Assembly (NCBI GenBank): GCA_035513655.1
Contig: DATKBV010000479.1
Span: 1,643 to 65,642, forward strand
Origin: Pirellulaceae bacterium
Lineage (GTDB): Bacteria; Planctomycetota; Planctomycetia; Pirellulales; Pirellulaceae
Direction of reading: 5' to 3'
Length of the DNA: 64,000 nucleotides
In this document: positions 45,549 through 54,642 of the stretch, one piece after another
How the letters are laid out: the number at the start of each line of letters is the position of its first letter
Numbering within the stretch: position 1 is the first letter of the stretch
Notes under the pieces: model-generated
The model's database searches: none
Seen by the model: only the letters and a program-made list of their open reading frames with translations
Told to the model about the DNA's origin: nothing
Made by a program: the position numbers and the translations under genes

Positions 45549-47705
45549 TTACTTCGGCATGGGAAGAATGATAAGGGCATTCTCCGCGAAGGATGCCTCG
45601 CCGGTCTTGCCGTTGATGCGATATTGGATCTTCAATTGCTTCACGCTTCCTGGCAACGGGTCGCCGCCGAAGCTGGCGTTATAACTGGTCGAAGCCAACG
45701 CGATCAGGGGCAAGTCACCAGCTTGCTTGCGGAGTACCGCGGTCACGTCCTTTTGCGTTGATCCGGCACCGTATTCCGCTTTGATGATTTCCAGCTTGAC
45801 CTTGTCGAGACCCGCCTTCGAAAGTTGGTCGCTCACATCAACTTTGCCGCTCAGCTTCTGGGCAATGACCAGCGTGGCTTGGGTGGCGTCCTCTTTCAAC
45901 CCGGGAACTCTCATCGTTTTGATGGCCAGCGCGAGCGCCTCGGCGCTCGGATGGAGTGCGAGCACATCCAGCACCAGCTTCTGCTCGGCGGGCTGACGCG
46001 CAGCGTCGAGCGCTTGCTGGCACATTGCGGCGCGCTGTTGTTCCGGCATGGCGAACTTCCGCGCGAGTCCAATGTAACCTCGCAGCGCACGGACCTGATA
46101 TCTTTCCGCCGGGGCGTTCTTTGCTAGATCCAACAGAACCGGCGCTGCGTCGACACTGTTCCACTTGCCGAGCAAACGGCTGCCGGTGTCCTGAAGTTCT
46201 GGGTCGGCACTCTTGGCGGCTACGGCAAGTGTTTGCAGGGCTTTGGTTCCTCCCACATCGCCGAGGATTTCCAAGAGGATACTTTTCTTCGTCGCGGGCG
46301 AACGTTGCATGGCCGCCGCGAGTTCGGCGGCGCACGCCTCACGATCCGGCATGCGGATGCTCGCCGCTTTCAATGCCTGTTGAGCCACCACCGCATCTTC
46401 GGCATGTTTGGGAGCCACAACTTGTGCGATCAGCACGGAGATCCGCTGGAGCGAGACGGTTTCTCCCAAGGCACTTAGTGCGGCAGTACGCACTGTTTTG
46501 TCGGCATGGTCTAACGCGTTCAGCAATTCAGGGACGGCGTCAATGCGTCGCTGCCCGACAAGCTCGATCAACAGCGGATAAGCGCTTCCTTTGGCATTTG
46601 GGAGCAATGCGGCGATTTGCGCGTCGACCTTTTCGCTCGGCAGATTCGCCAGGGCCGTCTTCGCTGATTGCGACAGATCCGGGTCGGCTTCGAGAGCAAC
46701 CTCCAGCAGAGCGGGAAGACACGAAGCGTCGCCCACGCGTCCAATGGCATCGATCGCGGACAATCGAACTTGCTTGGGACCTTGTCCGGCGGCTTGCAAC
46801 ACCGCCGTCAGGACGACGGTTTCGGGGCGGTCGGCCATGGCCTGGATGATCAAGGCCGCCCTTTCGGGCACTGCGCGATTCAATTCAGTCGCCAGAGCCT
46901 TGTCGATTTCGCCGCCCGGGAACTCTCGGGCCGTGCCTAATGCGAGCTGAAAGAGTCCCTTGTCCGTTGATTGAAGTTGTTCCAGCAGGAGAGGAATGCC
47001 TTCTTGGTTTCGAGCGAGAATCGCTCCGCGAGTTGCTTCGATGATTCTCTGCTTGGGAACATCCGCTTGGCGGACTTCGTCGTAGATCTCGGCCGCTTCA
47101 GCCGCTTTGCCCTCGGCGTACAGCCGTTCGGCACACAGCACGCACCCTTCGGCAACCGCTGAACGAACTTTGACGGGAGCGACGGTCAAGGCATCTCGAA
47201 GTGACTTGATAGCATCAGCATTTCCGATGCGGCCAAGTGCAACAGCGGCAGCGGACGCGACCTCGGCGTCCTTGTCCTGTAACCGAGTGATCAGCGAATC
47301 AGCGGCGTTGGCATACCGACGGACGCCAATCGAATTGATCGTGCCGACGAGCAGTATTCCTTCGAGCGAATCGGTCGCCGTCAGCAACGCTTCTTCCGCT
47401 GCCTCGCCCGGAATCGCTTCGAGGGCGATCCGCGCCCAGGAGGACAACTGAGCATCTGGCAGAAGCTTCGCCAGGTCGGGAACCGCCGCACTCGATCCGT
47501 GAATGGCCAGAAGTTTGCAGGTGATCGCCTTCTCCGCCGCCGGTGCGTCGGAACGAAGGACGGCGAGGAGTTCATTTTCTTTTTCAGGCGACGCATTTGG
47601 ACCGTCGGCCCGAACCGATGCGGCGGTCAAGACGATCGATGCTGCGAGAAAAACGATAGAGCGAGCGAATTTGTAATTCGTATACATGGTTTCGGTCCTG
47701 AGCAT
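45549..47705 (-). CDS. secreted HEAT-repeat protein with a small C-terminal beta-rich domain
   Basis: It has a signal peptide and many HEAT/PBS-lyase-like repeats (AAVPDLAKLLPD, NADAIKSLRDAL, DASCLPALLEVAL). The C-terminus is KAEYGAGSTQKDVT...FGGDPLPGSVKQLKIQY. Confidence 0.7.
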   Translation of the reverse strand: MLRTETMYTNYKFARSIVFLAASIVLTAASVRADGPNASPEKENELLAVLRSDAPAAEKAITCKLLAIHGSSAAVPDLAKLLPDAQLSSWARIALEAIPGEAAEEALLTATDSLEGILLVGTINSIGVRRYANAADSLITRLQDKDAEVASAAAVALGRIGNADAIKSLRDALTVAPVKVRSAVAEGCVLCAERLYAEGKAAEAAEIYDEVRQADVPKQRIIEATRGAILARNQEGIPLLLEQLQSTDKGLFQLALGTAREFPGGEIDKALATELNRAVPERAALIIQAMADRPETVVLTAVLQAAGQGPKQVRLSAIDAIGRVGDASCLPALLEVALEADPDLSQSAKTALANLPSEKVDAQIAALLPNAKGSAYPLLIELVGQRRIDAVPELLNALDHADKTVRTAALSALGETVSLQRISVLIAQVVAPKHAEDAVVAQQALKAASIRMPDREACAAELAAAMQRSPATKKSILLEILGDVGGTKALQTLAVAAKSADPELQDTGSRLLGKWNSVDAAPVLLDLAKNAPAERYQVRALRGYIGLARKFAMPEQQRAAMCQQALDAARQPAEQKLVLDVLALHPSAEALALAIKTMRVPGLKEDATQATLVIAQKLSGKVDVSDQLSKAGLDKVKLEIIKAEYGAGSTQKDVTAVLRKQAGDLPLIALASTSYNASFGGDPLPGSVKQLKIQYRINGKTGEASFAENALIILPMPK

Positions 47706-47868
47706 TGGACGGTTTGGTTGTGATCAAGGAAAAGCGTTATCGTTTGGCGAGACTTCGGAAGTCTAATTTTGCCAAGTTGCACAACTACCAGGAGATAGCT
47801 CTCATAGGTCCCATCAGTCCTATCGGTCCTATAAGTCCTTTCTTTTTGGATGTCATGTTCTGAAAACC

Positions 47869-49155
47869 CTACAGCCTCCACGGCTCGCGCAGGGCCTCGG
47901 AGCGCAAGCGATTAGCGTGGTCATCGTCGATGAACGCGTGTGTTACGTTGTCGTATTTAACTTGGCGGCCCAGGTGGAGCGCAATGTTCGCCGCGTGGCA
48001 GGCGATATGGGCATTGCACGCCGCGTCGGCATTCCCCTTTGGCTGGCTGCGCGTCTTCACACAGTCGAGGAAATCGCGTACGTGGAAAGTCGCCGGGTAG
48101 CCGCCGATTTCTGCGACCGTTCTGCCGGCGAGCAAGGCCGGCGAACTCAACACGAGTTTGCCGCTGTCCCCCGCTTCGACCCAGCCCGTTTCGCCTTCGA
48201 ACCGCACCGGGCACGATCCCAAAGGAATCCAGCCGGTCTCGCGGAAGATCAGCTCGACGCCGTTCTCGTAGCGCGCGACCAACTGTCCGTCTTTCGGCGC
48301 GTTGTACTCGACCGGCGGCAGACAATCTCCGACGGCCCATTGGCAGAGGTCCACGCAATGCGAACCCCATTCAAGCACGCCGCCGCCAACCATCCCACCG
48401 CCCTTTTCAAAATTGAAACCGTCGAGCAGCTTCGGGTTGAAGGGCCGCCACGCAGCCGGCCCGAGATACATGTTCCAATCGACGATATCTGGGTTGGGCT
48501 CTGGTTCCGCCGGCAACCAGCCGCTCATCATGGCTTGCATGCCCATTGGATGAGCATAAACTTTTTTGAGTTCGCCGAGCTTCCCAGTACGGGCCAGCTC
48601 GCAAGCGAACGCGAAGTGCGGCAGGTTTCGCCGTTGCGTGCCTGCCTGGAACACGCGTCCGGTGCGGCGCATCGTTTCGGCCAGGATCAAGCTTTGAGCA
48701 ATGTTCTTCGTGACGGGCTTTTCACAATACATGTCCTTGCCGGCCTTGGCCGCGGCCATCGCGGCCGTCGCATGCCAGTTTGGTCCAGTCGCGATCAGGA
48801 CCGCATCGATATCGCTACGGTCGAGCAGTTCGCGAAAGTCGCGATAGGTCGCACAGTTCTGATTGCCATGTTTCGCGTCAGCGATTTTCTTAACGGCGAC
48901 GCGCCGCGCTTCCTTGACGTCAGCGACCGCCACGAACTGCACATCAGCCTGCTCCAGGAAGCAGCCGAGGTCGTAAGTCCCTCGGTTTCCGATGCCGATG
49001 CCGCCGACCACAATCCGCTCGCTGGGAGCGACGGCACCATCCAGCCCCAAGGCTGAACTGGGAATGATTGTCGGTGCCACCACCGCGGCACCAGCCGCCG
49101 AAAGTGATGTCTTCAAAAACCGACGCCGATGAAGTTGCGCTTGCATCTTCGACAT
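47869..49155 (-). CDS. Gfo/Idh/MocA family oxidoreductase with twin-arginine signal
   Basis: ATG 49155 is preceded by GGAG. MSKMQAQLHRRRFLKTSLSAAGAAV is a TAT motif. The Rossmann motif is VGGIGIGNRG. The longer listed start is upstream of the signal. Confidence 0.88.
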   Translation of the reverse strand: MSKMQAQLHRRRFLKTSLSAAGAAVVAPTIIPSSALGLDGAVAPSERIVVGGIGIGNRGTYDLGCFLEQADVQFVAVADVKEARRVAVKKIADAKHGNQNCATYRDFRELLDRSDIDAVLIATGPNWHATAAMAAAKAGKDMYCEKPVTKNIAQSLILAETMRRTGRVFQAGTQRRNLPHFAFACELARTGKLGELKKVYAHPMGMQAMMSGWLPAEPEPNPDIVDWNMYLGPAAWRPFNPKLLDGFNFEKGGGMVGGGVLEWGSHCVDLCQWAVGDCLPPVEYNAPKDGQLVARYENGVELIFRETGWIPLGSCPVRFEGETGWVEAGDSGKLVLSSPALLAGRTVAEIGGYPATFHVRDFLDCVKTRSQPKGNADAACNAHIACHAANIALHLGRQVKYDNVTHAFIDDDHANRLRSEALREPWRL

Positions 49156-49430
49156 AGCTGAGCTCCTGATCGTATTGACCGCCTGTCCACCAAAAACTCC
49201 GTCTCGGTACGGAGACGAAGTTTCGGCACGTTGACCAGCATACTCCCGTCCCATGCTTCTAGCTACATACGACATGGAGAATTTCGCACACCGATTCGAT
49301 ATGACCGGTCAAGCGGCAGAGAATCCTCGGGAAATTGGTCAAAACCGTTTGATTCGACCACCCTTGCTACGATACGATATCGCTTCCACATCACGTCCAC
49401 TTGCTTCATTGATCTTCGAGGAACAACCGA

Positions 49431-50060
49431 ATGAGATTCTCGCTCCGCTGGTTTACTGTGGCCGCTTCTGTCCTTGCGATTTTCATTTTCGTGTCGAATG
49501 CCATCGCCGAGGACGACAAGGAATGGGTGTCCTTGTTCGACGGCAAAACCCTGGAAGGGTGGGAGAAAGTCGGCAACGACGCGAGCGTGTGGGAAGTCAG
49601 CGACGGAGCGTTGTGTGGGTCGGGACCTGCGTCGATGTTGGTTTGCACGAAGGGGCCGTATCAGAACTTTCGCTATCGCGCCGAGGTCAAGATCAACGAC
49701 AAAGGGAATTCAGGGCTGTACTTCCGCACGACCCGCGAGCCCGGCTTCAGCGATGGCTACGAAGCCCAGATCAACAGCACGCACACTGACCCGATCCGTA
49801 CGGGCTCCATCTACGGTATGTGCCACGTGTACAAGAGACTTGTCGAACCCGACGCTTGGTTCACTTACGAGATCGAGGTCCGAGATGATGTGTGGCGAAA
49901 CAAAGCCGTCACTCGGATCAAAGTCACCGTCGATGGCGACGAACTTTTCGAATACCTCGACTTCGCCCAAACATTCAAGGAAGGCCACTTCGCCTTCCAG
50001 CAACACGATCCCGGCAGCAAAGTGTATATTCGCAAGGCCGAAGTGATGGAATTGCCTTAA
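49431..50060 (+). CDS. DUF1080 (3-keto-disaccharide hydrolase-like) domain protein
   Basis: It has a signal peptide, WVSLFDGKTLEGWEKVG, NSGLYFRT, YEAQINS and HFAFQQHDPGSKVYIRK. Confidence 0.88.
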   Translation: MRFSLRWFTVAASVLAIFIFVSNAIAEDDKEWVSLFDGKTLEGWEKVGNDASVWEVSDGALCGSGPASMLVCTKGPYQNFRYRAEVKINDKGNSGLYFRTTREPGFSDGYEAQINSTHTDPIRTGSIYGMCHVYKRLVEPDAWFTYEIEVRDDVWRNKAVTRIKVTVDGDELFEYLDFAQTFKEGHFAFQQHDPGSKVYIRKAEVMELP

Positions 50061-50072
50061 TGAGAAAGAATC

Positions 50073-53000
50073 ATGCTCAGGTGTATTAGAAAACAATTTG
50101 TCGTCATTCCAGCCTGGATCGCGTTCCTGCTGCTCGTAGGCAGTTTGAATGCAGCGGAGACGGATACCGCCGGTGACATCCTTCAAGCCACGGGAGTGAA
50201 AGGCGGCGTGATCGTTCACCTGGGTTGCGGCGACGGGAAGCTGACGGCGGCGCTGCGCGTGAGTGACCGTTACCAAGTGCATGGGCTCGCACGCGATCCC
50301 GCTGAAGTTGCCAAGGCACGTGGGCACGTCGCCGCCGGGGAGCATTATGGCGAGGTCTCGATTGATCGGTTGAGCGGCAATCGGCTTCCGTATGTCGACA
50401 ACTTGGTGAATCTTGTTGTGGCGGAGGACTTGGCGGATGTCACGGTGGACGAACTGTTGCGAGTGCTCGTCCCCAACGGTGTCGCTTACATCAAGAGCGA
50501 CGACGGCTGGAAAAAGACAGTGAAGCCGTGGCCTGACGACATTGATGAATGGACTCACTTCCTGCATGATGCTGGTGGTAATGCAGTGGCTCATGACGAT
50601 GTCGTTGGCCCTCCACGCCATCTGCAATGGCTGGGCAGCCCGCGTTGGTCGCGGCATCACGATCGCATGGCCAGCATGAGCGCGCTGGTTTCGGCCGGCG
50701 GTCGCCTCTTTTACATCATGGATGAAGGCTCGCGGATCTCCATTCAAATGCCGCCGAAGTGGATGCTCGTCGCCCGTGACGCTTTTAATGGGACGATTCT
50801 TTGGAAGCAGCCGATTCCTACTTGGCAAAGTCACTTGTGGCCATTGAAGAGCGGCCCGACGCAACTCGCCCGACGACTCGTTGCCGAAGGAGATCGAGTC
50901 TACGTGACGTTGGGGTTGCAGGCACCGGTCACGGTCATGGACGCAGCAACCGGCGAGATCATCCGCACCGTGGAAGGCAGCGATCCGACGGAGGAGTTGA
51001 TCGTCAGCAATGGCACCTTACTCGCGCTGGTGAATAAAGGCAGCTACGAGACGAAGGATTTTCTCCCTGCCTTCAATACCGGTGACCAGGCCCGTGTCCG
51101 CACCGACAAGCAATTCCATTGGAACGAACAAGCTCGCGAAGTCGTAGGCATCAACGGCGACAACGGCGATGTGTTGTGGCGTCGCGAGAGCGTGGTCGGT
51201 CCGCTCAGTTTGGCAGCCGATACCGAGCGAGTTTACTTCTACAACGGACAAGGGGTCGTCTGCTTGGATCGTGAAAGCGGGAAAGAGTTGTGGGCTTCCG
51301 AGCCAGCAGGTCGAGCTCAGGACTTTACCATGAACTTCGGGCCGAAGCTCGTCGTCCATGACAACGTCGTGTTGTTTGCGGGCGGTGACCGCAAGATGGT
51401 TGCCTTAGCCGCGGCTACCGGCAAGCAAATGTGGACGGCACCGCATGCTCGCGGAGGCTATCAGTCGCCGGAGGATCTACTCGTCGCCTCGGGGCTCGTT
51501 TGGTCAGCGCCGACGACCAGCGGCCGCGACTCCGGAATATGGACGGGCCGCGACCTGCTGACCGGTGAAGTGAAGAACGAATTTCCGCCGAATGTTGACA
51601 CCTATTGGTTCCACCATCGCTGCTATTTCGCCAAGGCAACCGACAAGTTCTTAATCCCGTCGCGAACAGGCATCGAGTTCGTCGACCACGAAAAACAGGA
51701 TTGGGACATTCACCATTGGGTGCGCGGCGGCTGTTTGTACGGTGTGATGCCATGCAATGGGTTGCTCTACGCACCACCGCACAATTGCGCGTGTTATCCC
51801 GAAGCGAAACTGTTCGGCATGAACGCACTCGCCCCGGCCAGCACCAACCGCGAGGTCCCGAAAGAAGTCTCCGACGAAGGCCGCCTGGAACGCGGCCCTG
51901 CCTACGACAACATCGTCGACGCGCCAGCCAAGGACACGGACTGGCCGACATATCGGCACGACGCCGCGCGTAGCGGATACCTCAAGCAAGATGTTCCGGC
52001 GACGCTAAAATCCGCCTGGAAAACAAACTTTGATAGCAAGCTGAGCAGCGTGGTCATCGCCAACGACAAGCTGTTCGTCGCCGAAGTCGATCGACATACC
52101 GTTCACGCGTTAAATGCGAACACGGGTGAGACGGTGTGGAGCTACACGGCTGGCGGGCGGGTTGACTCGCCCCCGACGATTCACAAGGGCCGGGCGATCT
52201 TCGGCGCGGCGGACGGCTGGATGTACTGCCTGCGAGCCAGCGATGGCGAACTTGCGTGGCGGTTCCGCGCGGCCCCGCGTGACGAGCGGCTGATGGCCTT
52301 CGAACAGCTGGAATCCGTGTGGCCGGTTCACGGCAGCGTGCTGGTCGAGAAGGATGTGGTTTACTTCATTGCGGGTCGATCTAACTTCCTGGACGGCGGC
52401 ATGCGCTTCTTCCGCGTTCACGCCGAGACGGGCCGCAAGATCTCCGAAGGGCTGATGGATGATCGCGATCCGCACACGGGCGAGGACTTGCAGAATCACA
52501 TCAAGGTATTGCAAATGCCCGTCGCGCTTCCCGACATTTTGTCCAGCGACAGCGTTTACGTTTACCTCCGCTCGCAACAGATTGACATGGAAGGGAATCG
52601 CCTGGAGATCGGTCCGCATTCGGCTGACTTTGCTGGTCAAGGCTCCGTACAGCGCGGTCCAACGCAACATTTATTTGCTCCGATGGGATTCTTGGATGAC
52701 ACCTGGTTTCATCGCGCGTACTGGGTCTATGGCCGCAGTTTCGCAGGTGGCCACGCGGGGTATTACCAAGCTGGTAAATACACACCGTCGGGGCGGTTGC
52801 TGGTTTTTGACGACGACAATGTTTATGGCTACGGACGCAAGCCTGAGTATTTAAAGTGGACCACCACGATCGAGCATCAGCTGTTTGCTTCGGGCAAAGA
52901 GCCGCCCCCGCAGGCGCGTAGTGAAGCGGACGAGCCTACCGGCGGAAGGCGAAACGCGCCGGCGGCCTCGACGATGATCCGCTTTGGCAAACCGGCCGGC

Positions 53001-53972
53001 ATCAATCCCACGGGAAAGCCACTAACGGTCGAAGCTTGGGTACAAGCCGATCGCCCCGACGGTGTCGTTGTGGCTCATGGAGGTCCGGCGGTCGGATATG
53101 CGCTCGTGCTGCAAGGCGGCAAGCCGCAGTTTCTGGTGCGGACGAAAGACAAAGTCACTGCGGCGAAGTCGAATGTTGAAACGATTGGCCGTTGGACGCA
53201 TCTGGTGGGAGTGTTGAGCGAAGACAAGCAAGTCAAGCTCTACATCAACGGCAGGTTGGTTGATAAAGTTCAGGCACCGAGCTTACTTCCATCCAATCCG
53301 GCACAAGGACTAGAGATCGGAGCCGATGACGCAGGTGCAGTCGGCGACTACCGAAGCCCGCTCGGCTTTACCGGCATGATCGACGAAGTCCGCATCTATC
53401 ACGCGGCTTTGAGCGATGACGAGATCGCGGACCACGCATCGAGCACCGATCGGACACCAACTGACGACCGACGATTGGTGCTCGCTTGCACGTTTGAAGG
53501 CGGGACGGCCGAGGACGTATCGGGGAACGGACACGACGGCGAACTTGATTCCCCGCAATCCGTGAAAGGGAAGTTCGGTCGGGCGATGCAGTTTACATTC
53601 CGGCAATCGCAAGCCGCTGGCTCGTTTGTCGAGTATCTCTGGACACAAGACGTGCCGCTAATGGTCCGTGCCATGGCGAAGGCGAATGACAAGCTCTTTA
53701 TTGCCGGACCACCCGATCTGATTGACGAAGAACAAACGTTTCAACGGACGATGGCTCGCGATCCGAATCTGGCGTCCCTGTTGGTTCAACAAGACGATGC
53801 CTTATCCGACGAAGCTGGGGGATTAATGCGAGTCGTCTCGGCCATCGACGGTAACACGTTGGCGGAGTACAAGCTCGACTCGCTGCCATCTTGGGATGGC
53901 ATGGCAGCGGCGAATGGAAAGCTATTCATGTCAACGACGGATGGCAATGTGATTTGTTACGCCGCCAACTGA
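50073..53972 (+). CDS. large secreted protein: SAM-methyltransferase-like N-domain, PQQ-like beta-propeller repeats, LamG/concanavalin-like domain
   Basis: After the signal peptide, VIVHLGCGDGKLTAAL is a class I MTase motif I. Repeated ...TGE.IW... propeller blades include NANTGETVWSY and ASDGELAWRF. The LamG-like segment runs LTVEAWVQADRPDGVV ... GMIDEVRIYHAALSDDEI. The product is 1299 aa. Confidence 0.75.
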   Translation: MLRCIRKQFVVIPAWIAFLLLVGSLNAAETDTAGDILQATGVKGGVIVHLGCGDGKLTAALRVSDRYQVHGLARDPAEVAKARGHVAAGEHYGEVSIDRLSGNRLPYVDNLVNLVVAEDLADVTVDELLRVLVPNGVAYIKSDDGWKKTVKPWPDDIDEWTHFLHDAGGNAVAHDDVVGPPRHLQWLGSPRWSRHHDRMASMSALVSAGGRLFYIMDEGSRISIQMPPKWMLVARDAFNGTILWKQPIPTWQSHLWPLKSGPTQLARRLVAEGDRVYVTLGLQAPVTVMDAATGEIIRTVEGSDPTEELIVSNGTLLALVNKGSYETKDFLPAFNTGDQARVRTDKQFHWNEQAREVVGINGDNGDVLWRRESVVGPLSLAADTERVYFYNGQGVVCLDRESGKELWASEPAGRAQDFTMNFGPKLVVHDNVVLFAGGDRKMVALAAATGKQMWTAPHARGGYQSPEDLLVASGLVWSAPTTSGRDSGIWTGRDLLTGEVKNEFPPNVDTYWFHHRCYFAKATDKFLIPSRTGIEFVDHEKQDWDIHHWVRGGCLYGVMPCNGLLYAPPHNCACYPEAKLFGMNALAPASTNREVPKEVSDEGRLERGPAYDNIVDAPAKDTDWPTYRHDAARSGYLKQDVPATLKSAWKTNFDSKLSSVVIANDKLFVAEVDRHTVHALNANTGETVWSYTAGGRVDSPPTIHKGRAIFGAADGWMYCLRASDGELAWRFRAAPRDERLMAFEQLESVWPVHGSVLVEKDVVYFIAGRSNFLDGGMRFFRVHAETGRKISEGLMDDRDPHTGEDLQNHIKVLQMPVALPDILSSDSVYVYLRSQQIDMEGNRLEIGPHSADFAGQGSVQRGPTQHLFAPMGFLDDTWFHRAYWVYGRSFAGGHAGYYQAGKYTPSGRLLVFDDDNVYGYGRKPEYLKWTTTIEHQLFASGKEPPPQARSEADEPTGGRRNAPAASTMIRFGKPAGINPTGKPLTVEAWVQADRPDGVVVAHGGPAVGYALVLQGGKPQFLVRTKDKVTAAKSNVETIGRWTHLVGVLSEDKQVKLYINGRLVDKVQAPSLLPSNPAQGLEIGADDAGAVGDYRSPLGFTGMIDEVRIYHAALSDDEIADHASSTDRTPTDDRRLVLACTFEGGTAEDVSGNGHDGELDSPQSVKGKFGRAMQFTFRQSQAAGSFVEYLWTQDVPLMVRAMAKANDKLFIAGPPDLIDEEQTFQRTMARDPNLASLLVQQDDALSDEAGGLMRVVSAIDGNTLAEYKLDSLPSWDGMAAANGKLFMSTTDGNVICYAAN

Positions 53973-53999
53973 GGAATGATGAAGGTGACCGGAAGGTGA

Positions 54000-54587
54000 T
54001 CATGATCCATTGTCGGGTGACTTGCCAGGTTCCGGCGGGGCATACCTTGGATCTTCCAATCCGAAGGCGTCGGCGACTCGATTGAAGAAAGCGAACAGCG
54101 CGGTGATGTAGACGGCTTCGGCAATCTGCGGATCGGTCCAGCCAGCGTCGCGCAATGTTTGCGTCTCATCGGCCGTAACGCGATAAGCCGTTTCCGTCAC
54201 GAGCTTGACGAAACGCAGCAGCGCGCGTTCGGCATTCGTGAACACGGCGTTGTCAATGTCGTGGTGTCGGAGGGCTGCGGTCTGTTCGTCCTCGGCTCCT
54301 TGCAACTGCAAGAAAAAAGCATGGGAGCCCAGTCAGTAAGGGCACTGGTTCAATGCCGAAACCAGGGTCGCGATCATCTCTTTCGTCCGCCGATCGAGAT
54401 GCCCGTCCGAGAAGTGCAACTCGTTGCTGAATTGGATCACGCGCTGCAGAAAATCCGGCCGCTGGCTGAAGCACTTCAAGATATCCGGCATCTGCGGTCG
54501 ATCGGGCCGAGTTTGTTTGTAGGCTTGATAGATCTCCGCGAGTTCGCCGCTCGCGTCGTCGTCTTCAATCCAGCGGATGAAGGGCAT
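54000..54587 (-). CDS. carboxymuconolactone decarboxylase (CMD)/AhpD-like peroxidase-related protein with in-frame TGA (candidate selenocysteine, codon 85)
   Basis: The two listed ORFs (54333..54653 and 54000..54311) are in one frame. Readthrough gives ...LVSALNQCPY-TGA-LGSHAFF..., the CxxCxxxH motif with TGA in place of the second Cys. AGGAG lies 7 nt upstream of ATG 54587. The product has 195 codons. Confidence 0.65.
54294..54329 (-). promoter_or_regulatory. candidate bacterial SECIS-like hairpin immediately downstream of the in-frame UGA
   Basis: The RNA is GGCUC CCAUGCUUUUUU CUUGC AGUU GCAAG GAGCC. The outer stem is 5 bp and the inner stem is 5 bp (extendable by U-G/U-A pairs). The 4-nt apical loop containing G-U starts 26 nt after UGA. 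Confidence 0.45.
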
Positions 54588-54642
54588 TGCCTTACTCCTG
54601 GTTGGTGATTCTCCGGTGAGGTACAACCTGAATCGCCCTCGA

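Noticed and set aside
12473-50864. Long antisense ORFs: 12473..13303(-), 17725..18720(-), 20090..20761(-), 23655..24542(-), 38702..39655(+), 47917..49056(+), 49710..50864(-), 58355..59206(+), 61333..62043(+).
   Set aside because: Each overlaps, on the opposite strand, a gene with strong family signatures. Their sequences are Arg-rich and motif-free, as expected for open antisense frames in GC-rich coding DNA.
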